NCBI GenBank assembly: GCA_024404975.1
Contig: JAKSPH010000002.1
Coordinates: forward strand, 1 to 46,190
DNA from: Clostridia bacterium
GTDB lineage: Bacteria > Bacillota > Clostridia > Oscillospirales > CAG-272
Reading direction: 5' to 3'
DNA length: 46,190 nt
Position 1 is the stretch's first letter. Every line of letters begins with the position of its first letter. The notes below the pieces were generated by a model. That model searched no databases, was not told the origin of the DNA, and saw only the letters and a list, made by a program, of their open reading frames with translations. Positions 1 through 9,103 of this stretch are shown piece by piece. The position numbers were made by a program, and so were the translations under genes.

Positions 1-98
1 ATTCTACTACAAGAGGTCTTTTTATTCAATGTCCGTTTTTACGGGTTCAGTTCAGAGCCGCATGGCTTCCGGGGGTTCTCTTTTTATTCGGATGACTT

Positions 99-2876
99 TT
101 ATTTGCTTTGGATGCTGACGTGGCAGAGGCAGGTGCGGTCGTCCCACTGACCGAGAACGTCGTGGCAGGACTCGTCGGCGTTTCTGCAAGGACTGAAGAT
201 CTCCGACTCACGGTAGAACGAGCCGGGAGCGACTCTGCCGCTCTCGCCCTCTTTGAGGTGGAACGGACCCTGCATATTGCGGAGATTTCCGCGGAGCGTG
301 AGCGTGAGCGTGTTCTTTCCGACCGTCAGCGCGTCCGAACAGTCAAAGACGTAAGGCGGGAAGAGTTTCGTGCCGAGATCCTTGCCGTTGACTTTTACGC
401 CGACAGCATTGATTCCGCTCTTCTCAATGACTAGTTTTCTTTGCATATCGTCGACTTCGACGGTCGCGTTGAGGGTGAGCGTACCGGAAAATTCGGGGTA
501 GCCGGATTGGTCGATCGAGGAGAGTTTCACCTCGGTCGGAGCGGCGGTGATCGTCGGATACGTCATGATGCGGTAGGCATCCTGATCGGGGATCTCTTCA
601 GGCGTTTCGTTGACACGTGCACCGAAGTTACCGACGATGTAGATCTGCTCGACTTCCTCGTCGTAGGCAAGACTGTTTTTCATCGTTTCGCAAGTCCAGG
701 AATTGGACAGGTGATGGAACGTCTTTTCGCTCTGGCAGATCGTGCCTTCAAGATCGAGAACGTTCTCGCCGGTCTTGACAAGTCCCGCGATATTCAGCAG
801 TTTGAAGGACTTGTCGCGGAAGAAGCCGCAAACCTCGCCGGGGACTTTCTTTCCGTTGAGTTCGGCGGTGAAGAGTTCCGGCGTTTCCATGCAGAGGTAG
901 ACGACTTCGGGGACGGTTTCGACGCGGAAACGGTAGGTCTGATGCAATCTGACCGGACGGCGAAGTTCGTTCAGACGGGGCAGAATGTCGAGGACGTATC
1001 CGTTTTTCGCGATCAGTTCACCGTCGAAGGAGTAGTCGCAGAAGTCGAGGGTGATCGAGTTCATCGTTGCGTTTTCCAACGTCATCTTTTCGGGAAGCGC
1101 GAGGTTCTTTTCCGGCAGGGGCTTTGCCGCACGGTCGGGTTTCATCTTTCCGGTCTTGTCCTCGATGAGAACCAAACTCTCGAAAGCGCCGAAGTGCGCG
1201 TTTCCGCCGAATGGCGTAAGGTCGCCGGTCACGGGATCCATGACGAAGTTTCCGACGGTGATGTTCGCGTCGATCGCGGATCTCGTCGTGTTGACGAAGT
1301 AGTGCATATTGTATTCGGGGAAGGAGCGCTCGGTGTAAGTCAGTTTGTTGACTTCGCAAACGGGGTTGACCGGTACTTCGTCTGCGGTAACGATCTTACC
1401 GCCCTGTGCGACGAATTCCGCAAGGAGTTTTTCTGTGTTCGGGAACAGGATCTCGTGCTTCGGCATGACGACGGTCGAATATGCCATTTTGCCGATGATG
1501 AGTTTTCCGTTTTCCACTTTGCCGTGACGCTCCATCAGGGTTTCGTCGCCGAAGTGATATTTGACGTGTTTATCTTCCAACGTGTGCATATCCGCGAGGA
1601 GAGCGTTGTTGAATTCCATGATCTTCTCGACGTGATAGCCGGGTTTGCCGCAGGCATAGAGCCAAGCGGTACTCTGCGGGTGGATCAGCAGGGTGTCTGC
1701 CGTGATCTCGCCTTCCGCGATGAGTTTGCCGATTCTCGACATCGCGTCAAAGAAGAGTTTCATATCCTCCCACCACGGTTGCTGATAGTACATGGCAGGC
1801 GGATAATCGCGTTTGCGGATGCCGCGAAGAGAATACCCTTCCAGGTGCGTGCAGAGCAGGTTGACGCCGCGGACCATTTGCCACTCGAACACGCGTTTGA
1901 GTTCGTCGTGGGTAACGTTATGCCCGGCAAGGGCGAAGGTTTCGGAGAGAACCTGTTTCTTTCCGAGTTGGGCGCAGGCGGAACCGAGTTGCATCGGGAT
2001 CAGACAGTCGTAGATATCTCTGCCGAGCCAGTCCATACCGGGTACGGTGAAGTACTCGTAATGGGGCATTGCAACGGCGGAGGAGGTAAGTTGAGAACCG
2101 AGGTTGTCCTCCATCATCTCGTGACCGGTGAAGGCGTAGCCGTGCGCCGTACACCAATCGTAGATCTGTTTGAAATAGGAAGCGGAGAAGGTGTCCGCAA
2201 GAAGTTTGTAGTAGTCGAAGCGGATCTTCTTGAAATCTCCCTCATCGTAGAAGAGCGAGTTGAGGTTCGCGGTCAGGGAATAGCCGTAACGTGCCGTGAA
2301 CTTCTCCTCAATCTTGTTTGACCAGGGAAGTTTGCCCATGCCGTTCATCATCTGCGGTTCGTCCGTGAAAATACCGGTGATCTTGTTGCCGAATTTTTCG
2401 TAATAGACCTCGTACACTTCCTTGATGAAGTCGGCGATCACGTCGCTGTCGAGGACGTCAACGTAGTAGGGGTTGATCTCGTAAAAATAGATTTCGCCGC
2501 CGATCTCGGTCAGAACGCGGGAGAGTTTCGGCATCGGTTCGCCGACCTTGACGTGACCGAGGTATTTCTGCTGATAGAATTCGCCTTTGCCGTTGACTTT
2601 ACCGCCGCCGAAGCCCGAAGGCCAGCCGTTTTCGTCGTATGCCCAGGAACCCATACCGCGCTTTTCGCCTTCTTCGGTCGCGGCTTTGACGTTTTCAAAC
2701 CATTCTTCCCCCATGTATTCGGTGAGAAGACCGCCTCTTGCGTGCATGAAGTAGCCGCCGATGCCGGCGTCGTCCATGAGTCCGATCTGACGTTTCGTTT
2801 CTTCCGGATCGAGTTTTTCATTCCACGACCAGAAAGGAATCGGACGGTATTTTTTTTCGACCTGCTTAAAATCCAT
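99..2876 (-). CDS. large cytoplasmic glycoside hydrolase-like protein (GH106 / jelly-roll glycosidase-like, tentative)
   Basis: The ORF 99..2882 is 927 aa. The AAGGA SD is better spaced for the second ATG (2876). The N-terminus RPIPFWSWNEKLDPEE...GIGGYFMHARGGL resembles the conserved N-terminal motif of this glycosidase group. There is no signal peptide. The family call is from motif memory only. Confidence 0.7.
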   Translation of the reverse strand: MDFKQVEKKYRPIPFWSWNEKLDPEETKRQIGLMDDAGIGGYFMHARGGLLTEYMGEEWFENVKAATEEGEKRGMGSWAYDENGWPSGFGGGKVNGKGEFYQQKYLGHVKVGEPMPKLSRVLTEIGGEIYFYEINPYYVDVLDSDVIADFIKEVYEVYYEKFGNKITGIFTDEPQMMNGMGKLPWSNKIEEKFTARYGYSLTANLNSLFYDEGDFKKIRFDYYKLLADTFSASYFKQIYDWCTAHGYAFTGHEMMEDNLGSQLTSSAVAMPHYEYFTVPGMDWLGRDIYDCLIPMQLGSACAQLGKKQVLSETFALAGHNVTHDELKRVFEWQMVRGVNLLCTHLEGYSLRGIRKRDYPPAMYYQQPWWEDMKLFFDAMSRIGKLIAEGEITADTLLIHPQSTAWLYACGKPGYHVEKIMEFNNALLADMHTLEDKHVKYHFGDETLMERHGKVENGKLIIGKMAYSTVVMPKHEILFPNTEKLLAEFVAQGGKIVTADEVPVNPVCEVNKLTYTERSFPEYNMHYFVNTTRSAIDANITVGNFVMDPVTGDLTPFGGNAHFGAFESLVLIEDKTGKMKPDRAAKPLPEKNLALPEKMTLENATMNSITLDFCDYSFDGELIAKNGYVLDILPRLNELRRPVRLHQTYRFRVETVPEVVYLCMETPELFTAELNGKKVPGEVCGFFRDKSFKLLNIAGLVKTGENVLDLEGTICQSEKTFHHLSNSWTCETMKNSLAYDEEVEQIYIVGNFGARVNETPEEIPDQDAYRIMTYPTITAAPTEVKLSSIDQSGYPEFSGTLTLNATVEVDDMQRKLVIEKSGINAVGVKVNGKDLGTKLFPPYVFDCSDALTVGKNTLTLTLRGNLRNMQGPFHLKEGESGRVAPGSFYRESEIFSPCRNADESCHDVLGQWDDRTCLCHVSIQSK

Positions 2877-2904
2877 GATCATTTTCCTTTATCTAAAATA
2901 ATTA

Positions 2905-4176
2905 TTATAATTTTGCTATGATGCTTTCTATAATTTCGGGTTGGATCTTCTTTTTGTTGCCCTTGATCGTTACCGTGCAGTTCTCACGGGTGAAGAAGAG
3001 ATTTGCCACCTCGCGGATGCGTTCCGGCGTGATCTTCCGGTAAGCGGCGATACGGTCGGAGAGCGTGCGATACGGGGATTCGAGAATGTGCGCGTCGTAG
3101 GCGAAAGTAAAGTTCAGTTCCCGCATATCGTCATAGAGCATGCCTGCGTTGACCGTGTAGGCGGCGGCACACAGGGCGTCGGTCGGGAACAGTTTTGTTT
3201 TCGCTTCCCGCAGAAGATCGACGGCGATCTTCACCGCTTCGGTCACGTCGCGTTGCCGGACCTCGAACGAGAAGAAGAAATTGCCGAGGTTGATATAGCG
3301 TTCAAGCGCGCCGTTGACGTCGTAGAACAGTCCGCGTTTCTCGCTCATTTCAATGAAGAAACGGGAGTTGTAACTGCCGAGGAGAATGTCGTAGAGCAAG
3401 TCCGTTTCCGCCTCGGTGACCTTTGTCATATCCATATCGAAGTTGAATCTGACGAGGGAGAAATCCGCGTTTTTGATAAAGACTTTTCCGCTGCGTTTTC
3501 CGAATTGGGCGGGGGCATGTGCGATATTCCGCCGTTTTTCGCCGTGTATAAGGTCGTATTTTTCAACTTCCTGCGAGAGGAGGAAAACACCGTCCTCACG
3601 GATATTTCCGGTCGCGTAGAAGAAGATGTTTTCCGGCGAAAGCATCTTTTTGCGATACTCTTCCAACTTCTTGCCGGTAACGCCCCTGACGCTCTTTGCC
3701 GTGCCGATGACGGGAAAGCGGAGGGATACGTCGGGGTAGAGGATCCCATCCGTGAATCCCGACATGGAGTTGCGCTCGTCCCCCTCGCGGATCTCCGCTT
3801 TGATGCGGGAGCGTTCGAGATCGATCTCGGATTTCGGAAGGATCACGGGGGAGAGGACTTCGGCGAGGATCTTCGCGCCGACGGCGAAATTCTCGGTCGC
3901 ACCGCTGACGTAGAATTGGATCATCTCGTTGTACGTCGTGGCGTTGAATTCCAGCCCGTACCTGTCGAGAAGTTCGTACAGATGCCCTTCGTGCAGGGCG
4001 TTGACGTTGCGAATGGCAACGTGTTCAAAGAAATGCGCCGTGCCTTGAGTTTCCTCGGTCTCGAAAAGACTGCCCGCTCTGACGAACAGGGAGAGGAAAA
4101 ATCCGTGCAAAGCGTCGTTTTCATAGGTGAAAAGTTCCACACCGTTTTTTGTCCGGAATCTCTTTTCTTCGCTCAC
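2905..4176 (-). CDS. M16 (pitrilysin/insulinase) family zinc peptidase
   Basis: 423-aa ORF with a GTG start preceded by GGAGGGG. It carries the inverted zincin motif HFFEH at aa 48-52. A 22-nt gap to the downstream glycosidase gene suggests an operon. Confidence 0.85.
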   Translation of the reverse strand: MSEEKRFRTKNGVELFTYENDALHGFFLSLFVRAGSLFETEETQGTAHFFEHVAIRNVNALHEGHLYELLDRYGLEFNATTYNEMIQFYVSGATENFAVGAKILAEVLSPVILPKSEIDLERSRIKAEIREGDERNSMSGFTDGILYPDVSLRFPVIGTAKSVRGVTGKKLEEYRKKMLSPENIFFYATGNIREDGVFLLSQEVEKYDLIHGEKRRNIAHAPAQFGKRSGKVFIKNADFSLVRFNFDMDMTKVTEAETDLLYDILLGSYNSRFFIEMSEKRGLFYDVNGALERYINLGNFFFSFEVRQRDVTEAVKIAVDLLREAKTKLFPTDALCAAAYTVNAGMLYDDMRELNFTFAYDAHILESPYRTLSDRIAAYRKITPERIREVANLFFTRENCTVTIKGNKKKIQPEIIESIIAKL

Positions 4177-4201
4177 GGCAACCCCTCCGTTTTTTATTTA
4201 C

Positions 4202-4230
4202 AGTATAACATATCCGCAAGAATTTTGCAA
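4202..4230 (-). promoter_or_regulatory. sigma70-type promoter for the peptidase/glycosidase operon
   Basis: Minus strand reads TTGCAA-17 nt-TATACT with TGT immediately upstream of the -10. It lies ~25 nt upstream of the GTG start. Confidence 0.55.
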
Positions 4231-4340
4231 CGGGAAACGGAAGAATTCTCGCGGTTTTTTCGGAATATGCTTCCGTACATGACGGGCGGACCGCCGGCGT
4301 GAAGGTCCGGCGAAATAAGGTCAGCCGTCGGCGGATCGTA

Positions 4341-4375
4341 ATAAAAGAAAAAGCGGGAATCTTTCGATTCTCGCT
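4341..4375 (-). terminator. rho-independent terminator after the acyl-CoA ligase gene
   Basis: The stem AGCGAGAATC/GATTCCCGCT (one mismatch) has a GAAA loop and is followed by TTTTTCTTTT on the minus strand. Confidence 0.7.
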
Positions 4376-4394
4376 TCTTCAAAATGCACGTGGA

Positions 4395-6125
4395 TCAGTC
4401 GATGGATTTGTCGATCGCAAATCTCGTGATCTTCTTGGAAGTGTTCTTGGGGAACTCGGTGTCGCGGAGTTTGACTTTTCCGACCGCTTTGTAGGAAACG
4501 TTCTTCTTGTTGATCTCCTTGATTGCGGCTTCGAAGTATTCCTGCGCATTCTCGATGTTGTGAAGTTTCAGTGCTTCTTCATCGGGATAGATCTCGGCAA
4601 CGATGACTTCTTTCGAAGGATCGGACTTGGACTCGCCGGCGTAAACGACGACTTCACCGACACCGTAAACGCCCTGAATGTCCGTTTCGATCTCTTCGGG
4701 ATATACGTTCTTTCCGTTGGAGAAGATGATAAGGTTTTTCAGTCTGCCCGTGATGTAGATCCACTGATCGCCGTCGATTTCCTCGACCTTGCCGTAGTCA
4801 CCGGTCTTGAAGTAACCCTCATCGTCAAAGGCATCCTTGGTCGCCTGCTCGTTCTCGAAGTAGCCGAGCATAACGTTGTCGCCCTTGTAGGAGATCTCAC
4901 CCTCGCCGTTCTCGTCGGGATCCTGAATCTTGATTTTACCGCCGATAATGGGCATACCGACGGAGCCGGTTCTGCGGTATTCGTTACGGTTGCAGGAAAT
5001 GAGGGGCGCGCACTCGGTGATGCCGTATCCGTTCAGAATGACGATACCGATATTCTCGAAGAAGTCGATGATCTCCTGATTCAGTGCGGCACCGCCGCAG
5101 ATGATCATTTCGACCTTACCGCCGAAGTTCTCGGTAACGGATTTGAAGAGAACGGAACGCAGGTCGATGCCGACTTTGCGGAGCGCGTTGGAAACCTTGA
5201 TGGCACGACGCAGAGATTTGAGTTTGCCTGTTTTCTCCGCGGTTGCCATAATTCTCTTGTAGAAGGTTTCCACGAACAGAGGAACGAGGATCAGGTGCGT
5301 CGGCTGGAACTCGGTGAGTTCCTTCATGAGGTAACGCAAGCCGGAGGACATATAGATCTCGCAGCCCTGCGCGAAGTGACCGACGACGTTGACGGTCGAG
5401 CCGAAGGTGTGGTGCGGGGGGAGAACCATCATGGTGCGATCGGTGATGAGGAAGTTATACATACCGTTGACCATGTCGGAACAGATGTTCTTCAGCGAGA
5501 GCATAACGCCCTTGCCCTTGCCGGTCGTGCCGGAGGTAAAGACGATGGAAGAGCATTTTTCCGTGTCGATCTTGTAGTCGTAGTAAACGTTGTTCCCGCC
5601 TTCGAAGAGCGCCTTACCGGTTTCGCGAATCGCGGAGAGGGCGAGAGAACCGTCAGCGGGAGAATCGGAGATCTCGATCCAATCTTCTGCGGTCGTTGCG
5701 CCGGCTTTGAGTTCGTCGAACTTCTTTATGATGACGGGGGAATAGACAGCGGCGGCACATCTCGCCGTGTTCATGATGGAAGCGATATCGCGGGCGGGGA
5801 GTTCCTTGTCGATCGGAACGGTGACGGCGCCGATGCTCATCAGCGCGAAGTAAGAGAAGTACCATTCCGCGCTCGACTCGCCGATGATGGCGACGGTCTT
5901 GTTTTCATAACCGCGATCGGCAAATGCGGTTGCGAGGTCACGGACGAAAAGTCTGGATTCTTCAAAAGTATAGTGAGAGAATTCTTTGTCGGTCGGATTC
6001 TTCTTGAAGGTGAAGGCATAGCGGTCAGGGTATTTCTTGGCTATGTTCTCGGTCATCTCCCGGAAATTCTCGAAATGTGTGGTTTCATACAGAGGGTAGT
6101 TGTGTTTTCTGTTCTTGATTGCCAT
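4395..6125 (-). CDS. AMP-dependent long-chain acyl-CoA synthetase/ligase
   Basis: 576-aa ORF with the AMP-binding signature FTSGTTGKGKGVMLS and a downstream YGITE motif. An SD (GAAAGAAGG) and a consensus promoter lie upstream. Confidence 0.9.
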   Translation of the reverse strand: MAIKNRKHNYPLYETTHFENFREMTENIAKKYPDRYAFTFKKNPTDKEFSHYTFEESRLFVRDLATAFADRGYENKTVAIIGESSAEWYFSYFALMSIGAVTVPIDKELPARDIASIMNTARCAAAVYSPVIIKKFDELKAGATTAEDWIEISDSPADGSLALSAIRETGKALFEGGNNVYYDYKIDTEKCSSIVFTSGTTGKGKGVMLSLKNICSDMVNGMYNFLITDRTMMVLPPHHTFGSTVNVVGHFAQGCEIYMSSGLRYLMKELTEFQPTHLILVPLFVETFYKRIMATAEKTGKLKSLRRAIKVSNALRKVGIDLRSVLFKSVTENFGGKVEMIICGGAALNQEIIDFFENIGIVILNGYGITECAPLISCNRNEYRRTGSVGMPIIGGKIKIQDPDENGEGEISYKGDNVMLGYFENEQATKDAFDDEGYFKTGDYGKVEEIDGDQWIYITGRLKNLIIFSNGKNVYPEEIETDIQGVYGVGEVVVYAGESKSDPSKEVIVAEIYPDEEALKLHNIENAQEYFEAAIKEINKKNVSYKAVGKVKLRDTEFPKNTSKKITRFAIDKSID

Positions 6126-6166
6126 TTTGGTACCTTCTTTCTTGGGAACGATCTTACACGGGAATT

Positions 6167-6195
6167 ATTATAACACAAAAGCGCTTTTCTGTCAA
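6167..6195 (-). promoter_or_regulatory. consensus sigma70 promoter for the acyl-CoA ligase gene
   Basis: Minus strand reads TTGACA-17 nt-TATAAT with a TGT extended -10. Confidence 0.7.
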
Positions 6196-6294
6196 CCCTG
6201 CGCACGTGCGTGTGAGGGCGAAACGGCAGAGAATACCTGCCGGTTTTTTCGCAAAAGAAGGAAAAATACGGTAAAAGTACAAACAATACTTTAC

Positions 6295-6325
6295 AAAATA
6301 ACCGCCGTCGGTCAACGACGGCGGC
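6295..6325 (-). terminator. rho-independent terminator
   Basis: Perfect hairpin CCGCCGTCG-TTGAC-CGACGGCGG followed by TTATTTTGT on the minus strand. It sits directly after the TAATAA stops at 6337-6342. Confidence 0.7.
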
Positions 6326-6339
6326 AGTTGCGTCAATTA

Positions 6340-6816
6340 TTATTGATGATATATTTCGGAGAGAATCCGATAGAGTTCGCCTTTTCCGCGTGCGTAGAAC
6401 GAGGACGGCGGCGGAAGGATCTCGCCCGAAAGAAGGATTTTCATTCCGCACGCGGCGGTTTCGGCAACGCAGGTGAAGCCCGCCTCTTTGCCGACTTTCA
6501 CGTATTCGGTGAGTACGGCACGCGAGGGGATGCCGGATTTCGGCAGCAGAATGCCGATCGATCACGTTTCCGTGTCCGACGAGAGCGAAACGGTGAGCGG
6601 ACCGTCCCAATAATGATCGCGAAAGATGAGTTTCAGCAAATTGCCGAGGAGAATCGGCCGGAGCTCGGCAAACGCGGCCCGGGGCGCCCTGTCCTCATTG
6701 ATAAAGCGGTCGCCGCCGGGGAAATCCGCATCGAGAAACGTCTGCAAGGCACAGGAGATCTCGGAGATCGGAAACGCTTGAGTTTCGTAGGTGTCGGTGT
6801 AGTTCTTCGGTGCCAT
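6340..6816 (-). pseudogene. ~158-codon ORF of unknown function interrupted by one in-frame TGA (6562..6564)
   Basis: The listed 84-aa ORF (6562..6816) continues in the same frame for 73 more sense codons (SIGILLPKSGIPSRAVLTEYVKVGKEAGFTCVAETAACGMKILLSGE...ELYRILSEIYHQ) to TAA at 6340. Its start overlaps the stop of the upstream lipoprotein gene (TGATG), and a terminator follows only the distal stop. Confidence 0.45.
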
Positions 6817-7940
6817 CAGTCCATTGTCACGGTCGACAGATCAAGGGTGAGAAGACCGTTTTTGAACTGCACGGAGGAGATCATTTCTTCCTTGACGGCG
6901 CGGATTTTCTTGCCGAGGGCGTCCTGAAGAAACGCGTTCATGACGTCGTCTTTGTGCGTATCGTAGAAACTGTCGGATTTCACGGTACGATAGACGAGGA
7001 AGTAACCGTCGAACTGATCGCTCTTGACGGAGATCGGTTGGCTGATCTCGGTCGTGCCGAGGTTGAATGCCGCTTCGACAATATCGCCGTAGAGGTTGGC
7101 ATCGAGGTTGTCCCGCGTAACGATCTGACCGTTCAGAATATCGTCCGCGGCGGCGGTGGTAAGACCGACCATGGCAACGCCGACTTTCTGTTCTTTCTCG
7201 GCATCCGTCGTGACGAGATCTCTCGCCGTGATGAGTTTATCCCGCGCAGTCAATGCCTTTTCCTCAGTGTAAACGTTACCGGGAAGGTAGCACCAAAGGA
7301 CACGGATGGCAGAGTCGCCGTCGTAGAATTCGCGCAGATCCGCTTCGGTGTGTTTGGTCGAACCAAAACTGAACTCGGACATGAACTCACTGTCCTGCCC
7401 GCAGTAGTAGTCGTTGAGCGCCTCGGAGCCGAGGTAGTAGCGGTAGATCAGATCCTGCACGGAATAGTTGATGTATTTCTCCTTGAGCAGGGCGAGATAT
7501 TCGTCGTACGAACCGATGCCCTCGATGTTACCGCCGGAAGTTTCACCGCCTTCGACACTGATGCGGATGTATTCCTGGACGGCTTTGTCAGCGTCCTTGC
7601 CGAATTGGTCGAAACCGATCTCACGGCAGAGTGCCTCGGTGGCGTAGATCTCCGCGATCTGACCGAGGATCTTCGCGTTGATTTTCTCGCGGTAGGATTC
7701 TTTCTCCGAACCCGTCCACACGGAGCGGTCTCCGCCGTCGATCTCCTCGCGGTAGGAGAGGAAGAACGTGCGGTAAAGTTCATATTTTACGTTGTAAGTG
7801 CGGTTGCCGTAAGTCAGGGTGATCACGGTTTTGGCTTCCTCCGCCGTGCTTTTGACGGGGGGATAGGTTTTGTTCCCGCAACCGGCGAGGGCGAGCGTGC
7901 CGAGGCACAGCGCGAGGAGCAGACAAACGATTCTTTTCAT
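6816..7940 (-). CDS. lipoprotein, possibly a PrsA/SurA-like foldase family member
   Basis: 374 aa with a signal peptide and lipobox (MKRIVCLLLALCLGTLALAGC) and an SD AAAGGAAC. The functional call is weak and rests on general similarity of layout only. Confidence 0.75.
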   Translation of the reverse strand: MKRIVCLLLALCLGTLALAGCGNKTYPPVKSTAEEAKTVITLTYGNRTYNVKYELYRTFFLSYREEIDGGDRSVWTGSEKESYREKINAKILGQIAEIYATEALCREIGFDQFGKDADKAVQEYIRISVEGGETSGGNIEGIGSYDEYLALLKEKYINYSVQDLIYRYYLGSEALNDYYCGQDSEFMSEFSFGSTKHTEADLREFYDGDSAIRVLWCYLPGNVYTEEKALTARDKLITARDLVTTDAEKEQKVGVAMVGLTTAAADDILNGQIVTRDNLDANLYGDIVEAAFNLGTTEISQPISVKSDQFDGYFLVYRTVKSDSFYDTHKDDVMNAFLQDALGKKIRAVKEEMISSVQFKNGLLTLDLSTVTMD

Positions 7941-7969
7941 AGGTGTTCCTTTCTCGGAATATTGTTCTT

Positions 7970-7998
7970 ATTTTACCATAATGCGCGCGAAAAATCAA
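7970..7998 (-). promoter_or_regulatory. sigma70-type promoter for the lipoprotein operon
   Basis: Minus strand reads TTGATT-17 nt-TAAAAT with a TGG extended -10. Confidence 0.5.
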
Positions 7999-8036
7999 GT
8001 ATCGGCGAAAACAGAAAGAGAATTTTACGAAAATGT

Positions 8037-8065
8037 TTGCAATTGCGGAAAAAATATGTTACAAT
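8037..8065 (+). promoter_or_regulatory. sigma70-type promoter for hprK
   Basis: TTGCAA-17 nt-TACAAT with a TGT extended -10, ~35 nt upstream of the hprK ATG. Confidence 0.55.
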
Positions 8066-8099
8066 AAGGAAAACGAAAAGAACGAAGGGAGATTCCGGA

Positions 8100-9044
8100 A
8101 TGGAAGAAACCTATCAAGTACCTCTGTCGAGTGTCATCGACGAGTTCAAAATGGAAACGGTCTACCTGCCGACATTACCCGAACAGATTATGATCAGCAG
8201 CCCGCGTGTCAACCGTCCCGGCTTGCAGATGGTCGGATTTTACGATCACTACGAGCAGGCGAGAATGCAGATCATCGGAAAAGTCGAAAACCTCTTTATC
8301 AAGCAGTTGCCGAAAGAGGAACGCTACCGCAGATTGGAAGATTTCTTCCGTTCGCAGCCCGCAGGTGTCGTCGTAACGAGTTCGCTTGAAGTTTCTCACG
8401 AAACCGTGGAACTCGCTGAGAAATACGGCGTTCCCGTCCTCCGCACGGAGCAGAGAACTTCCGAGTTCATGGCGGCGCTGATCTCCTATCTTAATGTACA
8501 GCTCGGTCCCCGCATCACCCGCCACGGCGTTCTCGTCGAGGTGTACGGCGAAGGTATCCTCCTGCTCGGTGACAGCGGTATCGGTAAGAGCGAGACCGCG
8601 ATCGAACTTCTCAAACGCGGACACCGTCTGATCGCGGATGACGCTGTCGAGATCAAGAGAGTATCGGCCAGCACCCTTGTCGGACGCGCGCCGGATCTCA
8701 TCCGCCACTACGTCGAACTCCGCGGTATCGGCATCGTGGACGTGCGCCGTCTGTTCGGTATGGGCGCGATCAAAGAAACCGAAAAGATCGACCTTGTCAT
8801 CAATCTTGAAGCATGGCAGGACGGCAAAATGTACGACCGTCTGGGACTTGACGAACAGTCAACCGAGATCCTCGGCGTGAAGATCCCGTCAATCGTCATC
8901 CCCGTTTGCCCCGGTCGAAACCTCTCCGTCGTAATCGAAGTTGCCGCGATGAATGCCCGCCAGCGCAGAATGGGTTACAACACCGCGGAGGAGTTCAACA
9001 AACGTCTGATGCAGAGTATGGGCGGCGGTTCGTTCGACGAATAA
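8100..9044 (+). CDS. hprK: HPr kinase/phosphorylase
   Basis: The ATG at 8100 is preceded by GAAGGGAG. The P-loop region LLLGDSGIGKSETAIELLKRGHRLIADD and the ELRGIGI motif are typical of HprK. The longer listed ORF (6810..) is antisense read-through of the lipoprotein gene. Confidence 0.93.
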   Translation: MEETYQVPLSSVIDEFKMETVYLPTLPEQIMISSPRVNRPGLQMVGFYDHYEQARMQIIGKVENLFIKQLPKEERYRRLEDFFRSQPAGVVVTSSLEVSHETVELAEKYGVPVLRTEQRTSEFMAALISYLNVQLGPRITRHGVLVEVYGEGILLLGDSGIGKSETAIELLKRGHRLIADDAVEIKRVSASTLVGRAPDLIRHYVELRGIGIVDVRRLFGMGAIKETEKIDLVINLEAWQDGKMYDRLGLDEQSTEILGVKIPSIVIPVCPGRNLSVVIEVAAMNARQRRMGYNTAEEFNKRLMQSMGGGSFDE

Positions 9045-9049
9045 ATAAT

Positions 9050-9077
9050 AAAAAATCCCGATTGATCGGGATTTTTT
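9050..9077. terminator. bidirectional rho-independent terminator
   Basis: AAAAAA-TCCCGA-TTGA-TCGGGA-TTTTTT lies between the convergent hprK and BNR-repeat genes. Confidence 0.75.
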
Positions 9078-9103
9078 ATTTGTAAAGAATAATTTACATA
9101 GAA

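Noticed and set aside
6500-6564. Selenocysteine at the in-frame TGA (6562..6564).
   Set aside because: Downstream there is only a 6-bp stem with a 6-nt loop (UCGGCA/UGCCGA), starting about 4 nt after the UGA. It has no typical SECIS apical features. There is no redox-type CxxU/UxxC context, and no Sec machinery genes are in view. A nonsense mutation or read error is more parsimonious.
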